Shown: piece by piece, positions 19,852-31,185 of the stretch
Position numbering within the stretch: position 1 is the stretch's first letter
Layout of the letters: each line of letters starts with the position of its first letter
Assembly (NCBI GenBank): GCA_963793425.1
Contig: CAWCAG010000007.1
Span: forward strand, 515,217-579,216
DNA from: an uncultured cyanobacterium
GTDB lineage: Bacteria > Cyanobacteriota > Cyanobacteriia > Cyanobacteriales > CAWCAG01
Length of the DNA: 64,000 nt
Direction of reading: 5' to 3'
Made by a program: the position numbers and the translations under genes
The notes under the pieces: generated by a model
What the model saw: the letters and a program-made list of their open reading frames with translations, nothing else
The model's database searches: none
Told to the model about the DNA's origin: nothing

Positions 19852-20847
19852 TTAAGTCTTACTACTCAATTGAGCTTGGTAAACTGCGATCGCTAATAAT
19901 TTGCTTAAATAAACGAGATATTCTTGAGTATTTTTTTCCCAGGTGTGAAAAACAAGACATTTATGAATTAATAAAACTCCCCACAATTTTCCGGCAACTA
20001 AAATGGGGACAAATAACAAAGACTTTACTGCGCTTTTTTCAAAGCTTGTAACTACTTCTTCTGGAAACCTTGCTTCTGATATCTTATCAATAGCAATGAT
20101 TTCTCCTTGATGATAATTTTGGCCATAATATTCTTGTAAAATAGGATCTAGTAAAGATAACTCTGTTAAAGGGAGGCAATTAGGAGCAACGGCTTCTATA
20201 ATTAATTTACCGTCTAGAGTTTGTATGGCTACCCTTTCGACTTGCAATAAAACCTGTAAATTAGTGACTGTATTGTTTAGTATTACTTCAAGGTTCTCTA
20301 CTGAACTTAACTCCTCAATAATACTTTTAAATAACTCTTGCCAGCCTTGGTGCTGACGTAACTGAGACTTTGCTTCTTGGGCTTCTTTGAAAGCTTGATA
20401 AGCCAAAAGGAGACGTTGTACCCTTTGAGAAAGTACAGCCCAGTGAATTGGCTTAGTAATATAATCAGTAGTGCCAGCTTCAAAAGCTTGATCCACAGAA
20501 TCTTGATCATCAAGCACCGTAATCATCAAAATTGGTGTGCGATCGCCTCCCGGAAGTTCCCTAATTCTCTGACAACAGGTAAAACCATCCATTCCTGGCA
20601 TAACCGCATCAAGAAGTACCATATCTGGTTGACAGCGGCGATATTCCCTAATTCCCTGCTCTCCATCTTTGGCATCCATAACCCGGTAGCCTTCTTCTTC
20701 CATCGCCAAATTAAGAAGTGTCCTCATAGAACGATCATCATCAATCACTAAAATTAAAGGACTTTCTTGCTGAAAAACTGTGCTAGTTTCACCCATTCTG
20801 ACATTCCGATTGCAAAGCTTTTTTAACTTTCTCATACTCCGCCTCAA
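19852..20847 (-). CDS. response regulator with C-terminal GAF domain
   Basis: REC domain (LILVIDDD...[14 protein letters not shown]) plus a GAF-like C-terminus. The likely true start is the ATG at 20796 (MGETST), giving an 8-nt ATGGGTGA overlap with the upstream kinase stop codon. Confidence 0.8.
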   Translation of the reverse strand: MRRSMRKLKKLCNRNVRMGETSTVFQQESPLILVIDDDRSMRTLLNLAMEEEGYRVMDAKDGEQGIREYRRCQPDMVLLDAVMPGMDGFTCCQRIRELPGGDRTPILMITVLDDQDSVDQAFEAGTTDYITKPIHWAVLSQRVQRLLLAYQAFKEAQEAKSQLRQHQGWQELFKSIIEELSSVENLEVILNNTVTNLQVLLQVERVAIQTLDGKLIIEAVAPNCLPLTELSLLDPILQEYYGQNYHQGEIIAIDKISEARFPEEVVTSFEKSAVKSLLFVPILVAGKLWGVLLIHKCLVFHTWEKNTQEYLVYLSKLLAIAVYQAQLSSKT

Positions 20848-23800
20848 TCTGCATAAGCTGTTGAGAAGAAATCTGGGTATTTCCTTGCCGAGCTAAATCT
20901 TCTAGCTCTTGGCAGTATTGAGAGAGGACAACTGCCCCTAAATTAGCACTACTTGAGCGCAAACTATGGCTGGCATGACGAAGAGTTTGGGCATCTCCTG
21001 CGGCGATCGCGCTATGTATTTTAGCAATGTTTTGGGGAGCATCTTCAAAATACTGTTCAATAATTGTCGTTAAAATGCCTTTGGCTCTAGCTCTACCTAG
21101 CTTTTTTAAAGCATCTAAAACCTGATAGTCTATCACTTGAAAAGAAGTAAGTGCTGAATTATTTTTTTTTAAATCTAGTTGCTTTTCTCTAGCAATTACG
21201 CTAGCTTGTTGTAAAATGGGCAGCAATTCTGACTCACGAATCGGCTTGCTAACATAACCATCCATTCCTGCTTGCAAGCATTTTTCTTTGTCTCCTTGCA
21301 TTGCGTAAGCAGTAACTGCGACGATTCGGGGGCGCTCATGGGAACTCCAGCCTTGACAGATTAAACGGGCAGCAGTGAAGCCATCCATTTGGGGCATTTC
21401 CACATCCATTAAAATAAGGTCATAATTACGTCGTTGGAGAGCTTTTAAAACTTCCTGACCATTACTAACAACATCTGCTTGATAGCCTAATTTTTCTAAA
21501 ATTAAAAGAGCTACTTGCTGGTTAACTCGATTATCTTCAGCTAAAAGTATTTTCAAAGGTAAGGCTGGAGAATTGATTTCTGGTTCAGAACTTTTTCCTA
21601 GGCGATAAACTTTTCTAAAAGCTGCTTCCGATTCCCTGCTAGTAATTTCTAGAGTTGCAGGTTGAACAAAAATAGCTAAAATAGCTTCATAAAGGCGGGA
21701 CTTTTTCACAGGGTTTTGTAACCAAGCTGCAAAATTAACTTCTTTATGAGGATCTACATCTTTAGCTACCAAACCTAAAGCTGTAATCATAATAATTGGC
21801 GTTTCTGAATAAGCTGGGAGATGGCGAACAGCTTTGGCAAGATTAAAACCATCCATTTTAGGCATTCGCAAGTCAAAAATTAACAAATCAAAGCCTTCAT
21901 CTTCCTTCAGCAAATCTAAGGCGGCTTCACCAGAAGCCGCAGTTGTTGCCACCAAACCCCAAGCTTGGGTAAGGTGGGTTAAAAATTGGCGATTGATAGC
22001 ATTATCATCCACAATAAGCAGACGTTTCCCGACTAAATTCGTCTCGCAACCATGGCGATTACTTGCTAAGGAAGGAGGCGCTAAGGGAAATGAAGTTGTA
22101 AAATAAAAAGTTGAGCCAACCCCAAGTTCACTCTCAACCCACATACGACCCCCCATCATTTCCGTCAAACGCTTGCTGATAGCTAAACCCAGCCCTGTAC
22201 CGCCATATTCACGGGTAGTAGAGGTGTCAACTTGACTAAAAGATTTAAAGAGGCGTTGCTGTTGTTCACCAGAAATGCCAATACCTGTATCTTTAACCCT
22301 AAATTGAATGGTATACAAATTATCCTGACTTTTTTCAAGTAAGGAAACAACCACCACAATCTCTCCTCTGGCAGTAAATTTGAGAGCATTACTAAAGAGA
22401 TTAACCAAGATTTGACGTAATCGAGTCACATCTCCCACCAACAAGGGAGGAATCTCTGGCTCGACAGTATAAACTAACTCTAGCCCTTTTTCTGTGGCTT
22501 CCGGAGCAATTAAATCTAAAGCATTTTCTAAACAAACTTGCAACTCAAAAGGTTGCTCTTCTAATTCTAGTTTTCCTGACTCAATTTTAGAAAAATCGAG
22601 GATGTCATTAATGATTACCAGTAAGGCTTCACCGCTGTTACGAATAATTTCCACATAACCCTTTTGTTGGGGAGATAAAGAGGTATCGAAAAGAATTCCT
22701 GTCATGCCAATGGTAGCATTCATAGGAGTACGTATTTCATGGCTCATAGTGGCGAGAAATTCGCTTTTAGCCCGGTTTGCCGCTTCAGCCGCTTTTTTGT
22801 GCTTTGTTTCTTGTTCGAGGAGTCTCGCTTGGGCTAGGGCAATACCTACCTGGCTAGCAACAGCTTCTAAAAGTTCAATTTCTTCAGTACTCCAGTGACG
22901 AAAGCGATCACATTGATGTAAGGCGAGGACACCATTATGTTTGCCTTGATAGGAAGTACGGACAGCTAAAATTGATTTTAATTCTACTTGGCGACAGATT
23001 TGAGCAGCGGATTTGAGTAGGGGGCTTTGGTAAACATCATCAGCAGCAACAGCTTGATCGCAACTAAAGACTTGTTGAGCATAGGCATCATCTGCCACAG
23101 GAATTTCTATATCTAGAATCGAGCAGTACTCTCCATTTAAAGACTCAGCTAAGCAGTGAAGTTTCGGAGTTGGTTGTTGTTGATAAGTGTAAACAACGCA
23201 ACGGCTAACTTCAAACGCTTTGCTAACCTCTGTGACTGTAGTTTGGAGAATTTGTTGGGTATCTAAACTACGGCGAATCTCTTCGGTGATTTGTTTTAAT
23301 AGTAAGGTTTGTTGATACTGCTTTTGCAATAATTTTTGACCCTGCTTACGTTGGCTTATATCCCAATAGAGCCATAGATGTCCATAGTAACTTCCTTCAA
23401 TAAAAATTGGTACATAGTTACGCTCAATAGTTCTGCCATCAACTAAACTCAATTCTTCGTTGATGACAATTTGTTGTTGATTAATAATAGTTTCAATTCT
23501 AGCCAGATATTCTTGGGGATTAATTAAGACTTGTTGCGTATTCTGAGCAATCTTTAGACAATCTAAACTAATCAATTCTTCTGGAGAAACTGTGAGTTGA
23601 AAAAGATGGCAAAATTCCTGGTTAGCTAAGACAACTTTTCCTAATTCATTGGTTAATAAAACCCCGGCTTGAAGATTTTTGATTAAGGCAGTTAATCGTG
23701 AAGTTGTGGTACGAATTGCTTGCTGGGATTGTTTGTGCAAGCTAATATCTTCAATGATAGAAATAAAATAGTCTGGCTGACCAGATGTTTTATAAACTAA

Positions 23801-24586
23801 AGAGACTGTTACCTTAACCCAAATTAGAGAACCATCTTTAGTTTGATATCTTTTCTCCCGGCAATAAGTAGATATTTTCCCTGCTAACAACTGCCCGACA
23901 TATTCTCTGTCTAACTCTAAATCTTCAGGGTAAGTAATATCGATGAAAGTCCTTTGCTTAAGTTCTTCTTTAGAGTAATTGACAATTTGGCAAAGTTTGG
24001 GATTAACTCGAAGAAACTTACCCTCTAAACTAATGCGAGCAATACCGATGGCAGCGTGGTTGAATATAACGCTAAAGTAATCTTTTTCTTGTTGTAGTTG
24101 TTGGTTAACCAGGCTTAATTGTTTAGTATGATCTGCTTCTCGACGTTGTAAAATACTTTCTGCTTGTTGGTAAGTTGTGACATCGCGGATCACAAAAATC
24201 GCTCTAGCTGTTTTCTCCTCTGGTTTAGTAGAACTTTCAATATGTAAGTATGACCAAGATATTTCTAAATTAATGATTTTGCCGTAGCGCTCATATTCGT
24301 AACACTCTTTGCCTTTAGTTTGCTTTTTTAATACTTGATTAAGAGGATGTAATTCAGGTTTGATTAGTTCGTTTTGCTTAGTTAAAGGTAATAGTTTAGT
24401 TAACAAAACCCCTATAATAAGTATGTGGGGTTGGCCAATCAAGTGAGCAAAAGCAGCGTTGCACCACTGAATATGACCAAGGGTGTCAGTCCAGGTAATA
24501 GCATCCTCCACTTCTGTCAAAGCGGCTTCCATAGTGCCTAGAGTTGCTCTTAACTGACTAATTTGGTTTGTCAGTTCTGCTGTCAT
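20789..24586 (-). CDS. hybrid sensor histidine kinase (PAS x3, GAF, HisKA, HATPase, REC x2, HPt)
   Basis: 1265 aa. H-box [10 protein letters not shown]-box [10 protein letters not shown], two REC domains, and a C-terminal HPt domain ([12 protein letters not shown]). Confidence 0.9.
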   Translation of the reverse strand: MTAELTNQISQLRATLGTMEAALTEVEDAITWTDTLGHIQWCNAAFAHLIGQPHILIIGVLLTKLLPLTKQNELIKPELHPLNQVLKKQTKGKECYEYERYGKIINLEISWSYLHIESSTKPEEKTARAIFVIRDVTTYQQAESILQRREADHTKQLSLVNQQLQQEKDYFSVIFNHAAIGIARISLEGKFLRVNPKLCQIVNYSKEELKQRTFIDITYPEDLELDREYVGQLLAGKISTYCREKRYQTKDGSLIWVKVTVSLVYKTSGQPDYFISIIEDISLHKQSQQAIRTTTSRLTALIKNLQAGVLLTNELGKVVLANQEFCHLFQLTVSPEELISLDCLKIAQNTQQVLINPQEYLARIETIINQQQIVINEELSLVDGRTIERNYVPIFIEGSYYGHLWLYWDISQRKQGQKLLQKQYQQTLLLKQITEEIRRSLDTQQILQTTVTEVSKAFEVSRCVVYTYQQQPTPKLHCLAESLNGEYCSILDIEIPVADDAYAQQVFSCDQAVAADDVYQSPLLKSAAQICRQVELKSILAVRTSYQGKHNGVLALHQCDRFRHWSTEEIELLEAVASQVGIALAQARLLEQETKHKKAAEAANRAKSEFLATMSHEIRTPMNATIGMTGILFDTSLSPQQKGYVEIIRNSGEALLVIINDILDFSKIESGKLELEEQPFELQVCLENALDLIAPEATEKGLELVYTVEPEIPPLLVGDVTRLRQILVNLFSNALKFTARGEIVVVVSLLEKSQDNLYTIQFRVKDTGIGISGEQQQRLFKSFSQVDTSTTREYGGTGLGLAISKRLTEMMGGRMWVESELGVGSTFYFTTSFPLAPPSLASNRHGCETNLVGKRLLIVDDNAINRQFLTHLTQAWGLVATTAASGEAALDLLKEDEGFDLLIFDLRMPKMDGFNLAKAVRHLPAYSETPIIMITALGLVAKDVDPHKEVNFAAWLQNPVKKSRLYEAILAIFVQPATLEITSRESEAAFRKVYRLGKSSEPEINSPALPLKILLAEDNRVNQQVALLILEKLGYQADVVSNGQEVLKALQRRNYDLILMDVEMPQMDGFTAARLICQGWSSHERPRIVAVTAYAMQGDKEKCLQAGMDGYVSKPIRESELLPILQQASVIAREKQLDLKKNNSALTSFQVIDYQVLDALKKLGRARAKGILTTIIEQYFEDAPQNIAKIHSAIAAGDAQTLRHASHSLRSSSANLGAVVLSQYCQELEDLARQGNTQISSQQLMQIEAEYEKVKKALQSECQNG

Positions 24587-24866
24587 GGTTTTTTGATATT
24601 CTCCAAGGGATAAGCTGAACTAGACGGTCGTTAGAGTGTCATGGGAAACAAAAATTAATGAAATTATGGCCGAGCTTTCTAGGTTATGATGAGCTGTTAA
24701 TAAAAATAAAATGATACTCTGGCAAGGTTCTTCCATTTTAACTTTAAATAATTATCAATTTGCGTATTTACAATTAATCCTTAAGTTGTATCTTATGGTA
24801 TTGAATATCTAGACTTTGGAATAGAGACAATAGCTAGGTTAATAGCTGAAAATGATTGAATAGCTA

Positions 24867-25115
24867 TTGGGAAGTTATATTAAGATGAGGGACGAAGAAA
24901 ATATCGCAACGAGTCAGGCGGAGTTTTTAACCAATTTTCATCACGAACTTCGTACCCCTTTGACCAAAATACTATCTTCTGCTGAGTTGCTTAAAGATTA
25001 TGGGGAAACTTGGTCGGAAGAAAAACGCCTAAAATATCTTCAGTATATTCAAGATGGTGCTTTAGATATCAGCAATAAGTTAGATGGTGATCAACTCATC
25101 GCCGAAGGAAGTTAG
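24867..25115 (+). pseudogene. histidine-kinase remnant (DHp/H-box only)
   Basis: Contains FHHELRTPLT and WSEEKRLKYLQYIQ, paralogous to 17786-18886, but stops before any ATPase domain. A shifted frame downstream still reads ...TPISLTEAIAVSTINL, resembling the DHp-CA linker. Confidence 0.5.
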
Positions 25116-25256
25116 CCAAAGAAATTCCTCCAGTGCAACCCCTATTAGTTTAACTGAAGCGATCGCCGTATCTACGATTAACCTAAATGGGGAATATTAT
25201 GGATATAAGAAGGAAGAAACTTCTTAGCTCTGTTAGAGAGGAATCCAGATAGATTA

Positions 25257-27554
25257 ATGGCTAAGCGATCGCTTAAAGCATCCCCAGAAGGTATTATTAG
25301 AGCCAAGAAAGCTTTTCAAAGAAAGGGCTGGACTCAGGAGTATCTAGCCGCCGAGGTTGGTTTATCTACTCGTCAGTCCATTTGGAAGTTTTTTACCGGA
25401 AGACCAATTGAGAGGCATCTTTTTGTGGATATTTGCTTTCAATTGGATCTTGAATGGCAATCTATCGCTGATTTACCTCCAGATGTAGAGCCTTTACCTG
25501 CCGCCACGGGGTTAGATAATCATGCCGGAGTAGAAAATTGGGTGGTGACTTTGCGCTCCCAAACTAAGGAGCAAATTCAAGCTCAATGCGGTATTTTGCA
25601 GTCATCTTTTGATATGACTCAACCTTTATTACTAGATTCTATTTATACTAATGTTAACATTTTGCCCCATCTTACTAATCAAAGATGGTTAGAAGTTTCA
25701 GATTTGCAAGATTCTCGCCCAGAGGTGGAACGCCCTCGGTTAACCTCAATAAATCAGCAGGTAGTTGCAGGTATTCAAGCCGCTACCGATAGTGCTAAGT
25801 TAATGATTTTGGGTAAACCTGGGGCTGGCAAAACTACCTTTTTACAGTATTTAGCGATTCAATGCAGCAAAGGTGAATATAAGGGTGATTGCATACCGAT
25901 TTTTATCCAGCTACGCAATTTTGTAGCTCAAACTAAAGAAGAAGAAGATTTTAGTCTTACAAATTATATTGCTCGAAGTTGGAGTAGTTATCAAGTTACT
26001 CAAGAACAAGTAGAAATTCTTTTGCAAAAAGGTAAGCTTTTAGTACTTTTAGATGGATTAGATGAAGTTCCCAAAGAATATAGTCAACAAGTTTTAAAAG
26101 AAATAGACCTTTTCGCTAATAACTACTATCAAAATCAAGTTATTATCACTTGCCGTATTGCTGCCCAACAATATTATTTTCGAGGATTTAATTATGTAGA
26201 AATTGCTGACTTTGATTCTAGCCAAATTAGAACTTTTGCCCAGAAATGGTTTGTTGCCAATTCTGGTGGTTCTGAAGAAGCAGGAATTCTTTTAACCAAG
26301 AAGTTTTTTGAACAGTTAGAATGCCGAGAAAATCAACCAATCAGAGAATTAGTTGCTACGCCTATTTTATTGAGCTTAATCTGCTCTGTATTCCAAGAAA
26401 GAGCTACTTTTCCGACTAAACGTTCTAAACTTTATCAAGCAGGTTTAGATATTCTGTTGGTACGTTGGGACCAAGCAAGGGGAATTCAAAGGGATCAAGC
26501 TTACCGTAACTTATCTTTAGCGGATAAAATCAAGCTTCTTAGTCAGATTGCGGCTATAAATTTTGAGCGAGGTAGTTTCTTTTTTGAAAAGAGTGAAATA
26601 CTCGATATTATTAGCAATCATTTAGCTAAATTACCTAATCATAAGCCAGATCCAGAAACTTTATGGTTAGATAGCGAGGCAATCCTCACAGCCATTGAAT
26701 TACAACATGGTTTATTGGTAGAAAGAGCTAGAGACATTTATTCTTTTTCTCATTTAACTTTTCAAGAATATCTTACTGCCAGAAAAATAGTTGCTAGTAC
26801 TGATAAAGAAGTATTAGAAGAGTCTTTAAATATGCTTGCTAGCCATGCTACTAATCCACAATGGCAAGAAGTTATTTTATTGACTTCGAGTATGTTACCG
26901 AATGCAGATTTTCTTTTGCAACTAATTAAAAAAGAGATTGATAAAATTTTCAAGGGTAAAGAAGAGCTGAGAAAATTTCTTAGCTGCCTCAATCAAAAAG
27001 TTAATAGCTTAGATGTCTCTTACCATTTAGGGGCAGTAAGAGCTTTTTATTTTACTCTTTTTCAAGATAGAGACTTGAATTTAGCTTTATCTTTAGACCC
27101 CAGTTTAGCTTCTGATTTGTCTCCAGATTTAGCTTTAGATTTAGCTTTAGCTCGCGCTTTTCGTATCAGCTTAATTTTAATCAAAAGCCCAGACCTGAAA
27201 AATATCATCAATTTAGGCTTTGCTTTAGATTTAGAGCGCAATTTCAACTTAGAGAAACCATTGCAGCAAGCCCTAGAAAAACTCAAACAAGAACTACCAG
27301 ATTTAGAAATAGGTAAAGAGAAACTTCAATCTTGGTGGCATAGTTATGGTGCAGAATGGGTGAGCAAATTTAGAGCTTTACTAATTGAATACAGACAAAT
27401 TGGTTATGAATGGCAGTTTACTCTTCAACAAGAACAATTACTGCGAAAATACTATGATAGTAACAAATTTATGATTAAGTGCCTGCAAAGCGATTGTCAA
27501 GTTAGTGGTGATCTGCGCCAAAAGATAGAAGATACAACTTTAAATCTCCCCTAA
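25257..27554 (+). CDS. STAND NTPase: N-terminal HTH-like domain + NACHT + helical C-terminal repeats
   Basis: 765 aa. XRE-like GWTQEYLAAEVGLSTRQSIWKFF. Walker A GKPGAGKTTFLQYLA, Walker B LLVLLDGLDEV. C-terminal LALDLALDLALARAF-type low-complexity helical region. Confidence 0.85.
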   Translation: MAKRSLKASPEGIIRAKKAFQRKGWTQEYLAAEVGLSTRQSIWKFFTGRPIERHLFVDICFQLDLEWQSIADLPPDVEPLPAATGLDNHAGVENWVVTLRSQTKEQIQAQCGILQSSFDMTQPLLLDSIYTNVNILPHLTNQRWLEVSDLQDSRPEVERPRLTSINQQVVAGIQAATDSAKLMILGKPGAGKTTFLQYLAIQCSKGEYKGDCIPIFIQLRNFVAQTKEEEDFSLTNYIARSWSSYQVTQEQVEILLQKGKLLVLLDGLDEVPKEYSQQVLKEIDLFANNYYQNQVIITCRIAAQQYYFRGFNYVEIADFDSSQIRTFAQKWFVANSGGSEEAGILLTKKFFEQLECRENQPIRELVATPILLSLICSVFQERATFPTKRSKLYQAGLDILLVRWDQARGIQRDQAYRNLSLADKIKLLSQIAAINFERGSFFFEKSEILDIISNHLAKLPNHKPDPETLWLDSEAILTAIELQHGLLVERARDIYSFSHLTFQEYLTARKIVASTDKEVLEESLNMLASHATNPQWQEVILLTSSMLPNADFLLQLIKKEIDKIFKGKEELRKFLSCLNQKVNSLDVSYHLGAVRAFYFTLFQDRDLNLALSLDPSLASDLSPDLALDLALARAFRISLILIKSPDLKNIINLGFALDLERNFNLEKPLQQALEKLKQELPDLEIGKEKLQSWWHSYGAEWVSKFRALLIEYRQIGYEWQFTLQQEQLLRKYYDSNKFMIKCLQSDCQVSGDLRQKIEDTTLNLP

Positions 27555-27844
27555 AAGAGTTTATAAAACAACAATTCCAGCTTGTAAAATTAACTAGTTG
27601 AAGTTAAGGAGCTAAAAATAGCTTAGACGAAAGTATTTATCAGTATATTCTTCATGAATTCAGGAACATTCCTGAATTTATAACCAGAGGAACATCTTTT
27701 TCCCATCAACTATTGATTAGTTAGAAATAATTTATCCTTAGTAAACTTAAAGAAATTATCTCAAAAAGATTCTTTTCCTGAGAATCCTTCTTTTGAGCGA
27801 AATAGTTTGAATTAAGCACAGCTAAACAGGAGTTATAATTATTA

Positions 27845-28744
27845 ATGGTAAACATTAACAGAGTTGCTGTTGTTGGGGGAACTCACGGCAATGAATTTAC
27901 TGGAGTATACTTAGTGAAAAAGTTTACTCATTTCCCTGAACTAATTCACAGAAAAAGTTTCCAAACCGAAGCAATATTGGCTAATCCTGGAGCTTTTCAA
28001 GCAGCAAGAAGGTATCTTGATAAAGACCTCAATCGCTGCTTTATTACACGAGATTTGCATAATCCTACTCTCCGTACCTACGAAGAAAAAAGGGCTAAAA
28101 CCATTTATCAAACTATTGGTTTTCAAGGAAGTTCTCAAGCAGATTTCATCTTAGATTTACACAGTAGTAGCGCCAATATGGGATTGACAATTATCCTAGT
28201 CAATGACCATCCTTTCAATCTGAGGTTAGCTGCTTATTTAAGTCTCATCGAACCAACAGTCAAAATCTATTATTGGACAGAAAAAAAACAAGAAAATCCT
28301 TTCCTCAATTCTCTATGTGAACTAGGTTTTACTCTGGAATTAGGGCCGATTGCACCTAAAACCCTTAAAGCTACTATTTTTCAAAAAACAGAAAATCTCG
28401 TTTATCGTATTTTAGACTACCTGGATAAATATAACCAAGGTTTATTACCAACACCAGAGCAAGAGTTAACTATTTACCAGCATTTTAAAACTATTGATTA
28501 TCCCAAAAATGAAGCAGGAGGAATTCGAGCAATGATTCATCCTCAACTGGAAAATAGAGATTATCAAAAGCTTCAACCAGGAGATCCTTTATTCCTAACT
28601 TTTGAGGGAGAAACAATCTTTTATCAAGATGAAGAGTCTGTTTGGCCACTTTTTATTAATGAGGTTGCTTACTATGAGAAAGAAATTGCCATGTGTCTTG
28701 CCAAAGAAACTAAAATCAAGATTCCTGAATACTCCAATTTTTGA
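27845..28744 (+). CDS. aspartoacylase / succinylglutamate desuccinylase family zinc hydrolase
   Basis: 299 aa. VAVVGGTHGNEFTG and DLHSSSANMG motifs. Confidence 0.8.
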   Translation: MVNINRVAVVGGTHGNEFTGVYLVKKFTHFPELIHRKSFQTEAILANPGAFQAARRYLDKDLNRCFITRDLHNPTLRTYEEKRAKTIYQTIGFQGSSQADFILDLHSSSANMGLTIILVNDHPFNLRLAAYLSLIEPTVKIYYWTEKKQENPFLNSLCELGFTLELGPIAPKTLKATIFQKTENLVYRILDYLDKYNQGLLPTPEQELTIYQHFKTIDYPKNEAGGIRAMIHPQLENRDYQKLQPGDPLFLTFEGETIFYQDEESVWPLFINEVAYYEKEIAMCLAKETKIKIPEYSNF

Positions 28745-28845
28745 GGAGTCTAACCTCTCTTTAAAAAAAAGACTAAACAGAAACACTAGTTTGCTCAAAA
28801 ATTAACTTTCAGAAATTCTTTACATCCAGGTCATTACAACTAGAT

Positions 28846-30516
28846 TTATCTCAAAGTTTGTCTTGCTGAAGCACTAACAAGATCAACAACAAAAGTAAGT
28901 ATGATAAATACTATCAAAATAGTAACAACACTAGGATAATCGAAATTACTTAATTGCTCTGTTAACAACCTACCCAAACCTCCTGCCCCCACTAAGCCAA
29001 CAATAACAGTGGCACGGATACAAACTTCCCAACGGTAAAGAATATAGGCAAGAAAGCGAGGTAAGGTTAGAGGTAAAATCCCATAGAGAAAAACTTGCCC
29101 TGATGTTGCCCCCAAAGCAGAAAGAGATTTTAGAGGGCGTTGATCCAGGTTTTCTATTACCTCTGCCATTAAACGTCCCAGGATACCTAAATTATGTAAA
29201 CCAAGGGCGATCCCACCGGGTAAAATGCCTGGAAAAAAGCCAAAAAGAAAAATTAGAGCCCAAATGGGTTCGGGAACAGCCCTAGTTAAAAGTAAAATAA
29301 AGCGAGTAGTGATTAAGAGAAAAAGGGGTAATAGTTTGTTGCTTTTAACAGGGTTAAATACTCCTCCTGGCAAAAACAAATTATTAGCAGCAGTAAAAGA
29401 AAGTAAAATTCCTCCTGCGCCAGCTATAACTATTGCTAAAACTGACATAGCTAAGGTTTGTTGGGCTAGTTTCCAGAGGGAAGAGAATTGACTAAAATTA
29501 GGTGGGAAAGCATCTGTTACTATGGTAATCAGGTTATTAATTGTACGAGGCGAACAAAGTTGAGAAAAATCCGCTTTGATGTACCAAAAAGAAAAAATGA
29601 TTAAGCTAACTGTACCAAGGATAGAGAAAATAGTTAAATAAGATTTTCTCTCCCTAAAATAGGAAGTTTGAGTCTTTTTGAAACTAAGAAAATGTAAATC
29701 TAAACGAGTTGGGGCATCCAAACTACGACGTAGCAGAGAACTCCATAAATCGACGCTACCAGTCAAAAGAATTAAAGCAATCAGGAAAGTCCACATTTGC
29801 TGGTAATTCAAAGCTTGCAGACTAAGCAAAATTTCATAACCCAGCCCCCCAGCCCCAATAATACCTAACACCGCAGCAGAACGAATAGAACATTCAAAAC
29901 GGTAGAAAGCGTAGGAAAGGAGATTAAGGAAGGCTTGGGGAATTAAACTGTAAAGAAAAGCTGGTAAAGGGGCAACCCCACTACCCAACAAACTTTGTAA
30001 AGCTTGGGGTGATGTCTCATCTAAAATCTCTGCAAAAACTTTAGCTGTAATTGCGCCAAAAGGAAGGGCGATCGCCCCTATTGCCACTAAAGGATCTAGT
30101 CCGAAAATATTAACAAAAAATAAACCCCAGATTGCTTCATGAATTGAGCGAGGTATCGCTAAAATTCCTCTTACTAATAACCAAGGAGCGCTAGAATTAT
30201 TAGGAAATAAACAATGCCACCAAACTTGAGAAGAAAACAAGCCCCCGATCATACCAATAAGTAAACTTAAAAAAGTTCCGCAGGTAGCAAAAGCTAAGGT
30301 GGTTAAAGTTGCGTTTAAAGTTAAACGGAGAAATTCAGGACTAATTTCTGGAGAAGTTGCGGCAGCAAGGAAGCGCAAAACTAAGGTAATGCCTCCAGTA
30401 TTAATTAAATCCCCTTGAAAAACTCCTGCAACCTGTAATGACCAAAGCAGAGAAAGGAGCAAAATAAAGCTCCAAAAAGTATGCCAGTTAAGGAAGTAAA
30501 GCCGAAGGGAGTTCAC
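28846..30516 (-). CDS. ABC transporter permease, tandem PhnE-like fusion
   Basis: 556 aa and polytopic. Two copies of the YRxExxIRxxxVLGxxGAGGLG motif typical of PhnE-type permeases. Confidence 0.7.
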   Translation of the reverse strand: MNSLRLYFLNWHTFWSFILLLSLLWSLQVAGVFQGDLINTGGITLVLRFLAAATSPEISPEFLRLTLNATLTTLAFATCGTFLSLLIGMIGGLFSSQVWWHCLFPNNSSAPWLLVRGILAIPRSIHEAIWGLFFVNIFGLDPLVAIGAIALPFGAITAKVFAEILDETSPQALQSLLGSGVAPLPAFLYSLIPQAFLNLLSYAFYRFECSIRSAAVLGIIGAGGLGYEILLSLQALNYQQMWTFLIALILLTGSVDLWSSLLRRSLDAPTRLDLHFLSFKKTQTSYFRERKSYLTIFSILGTVSLIIFSFWYIKADFSQLCSPRTINNLITIVTDAFPPNFSQFSSLWKLAQQTLAMSVLAIVIAGAGGILLSFTAANNLFLPGGVFNPVKSNKLLPLFLLITTRFILLLTRAVPEPIWALIFLFGFFPGILPGGIALGLHNLGILGRLMAEVIENLDQRPLKSLSALGATSGQVFLYGILPLTLPRFLAYILYRWEVCIRATVIVGLVGAGGLGRLLTEQLSNFDYPSVVTILIVFIILTFVVDLVSASARQTLR

Positions 30517-30630
30517 GCATTTAAAATGTTTAATTTAGCATTGCTCTACTCTAGTCATTTTTGCAAGCTAGACTAATAATTGTACGGTGGGATCGCCCAA
30601 AACAATAATTGAAACAAAGAGTATAAAACC

Positions 30631-31056
30631 ATGCGAATGCTACATACCATGATTAGGGTATGCAACTTAGAAGAATCGGTGAAATTCTATTGCGAAGTTT
30701 TGGGTATGAAATTACTTCGTCAAAAAGACTACCCTGGGGGCGAATTCACCTTAGCCTTTGTGGGTTATGGCGACGAATCGGAACATAGTGTCATTGAACT
30801 CACCCATAACTGGGGGGTAGATAGTTATGAAATTGGGGATGGTTTTGGTCATCTTGCCCTGGGGGTAGATAATATCTATGATACTTGCGCCCAAATTAGA
30901 GTGCGAGGAGGTAAAATCACTAGGGAACCAGGGCCAATGAAACATGGTTCAACGGTAATAGCCTTTGTTGAAGATCCTAATGGTTATAAGATTGAGCTAA
31001 TTCAGTTAGGAACTCAAGGTTCTCAGCAAAAGAAAGAAACAGCTACTGCAAGTTAA
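30631..31056 (+). CDS. gloA: lactoylglutathione lyase (glyoxalase I)
   Basis: 141 aa. [20 protein letters not shown] and GNGFGHLA-like VOC motifs. Confidence 0.9.
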   Translation: MRMLHTMIRVCNLEESVKFYCEVLGMKLLRQKDYPGGEFTLAFVGYGDESEHSVIELTHNWGVDSYEIGDGFGHLALGVDNIYDTCAQIRVRGGKITREPGPMKHGSTVIAFVEDPNGYKIELIQLGTQGSQQKKETATAS

Positions 31057-31185
31057 GTCATAATTAACTAGCGCACCGTGGCAATAATAACTGATACTAG
31101 CAATTGATGAGATGGGAAAATCAAGGAAGTCAACCATTGCTTCCCATTAATTCATTAATTTTGCCTAACCTCTGTTGCCATCCCC

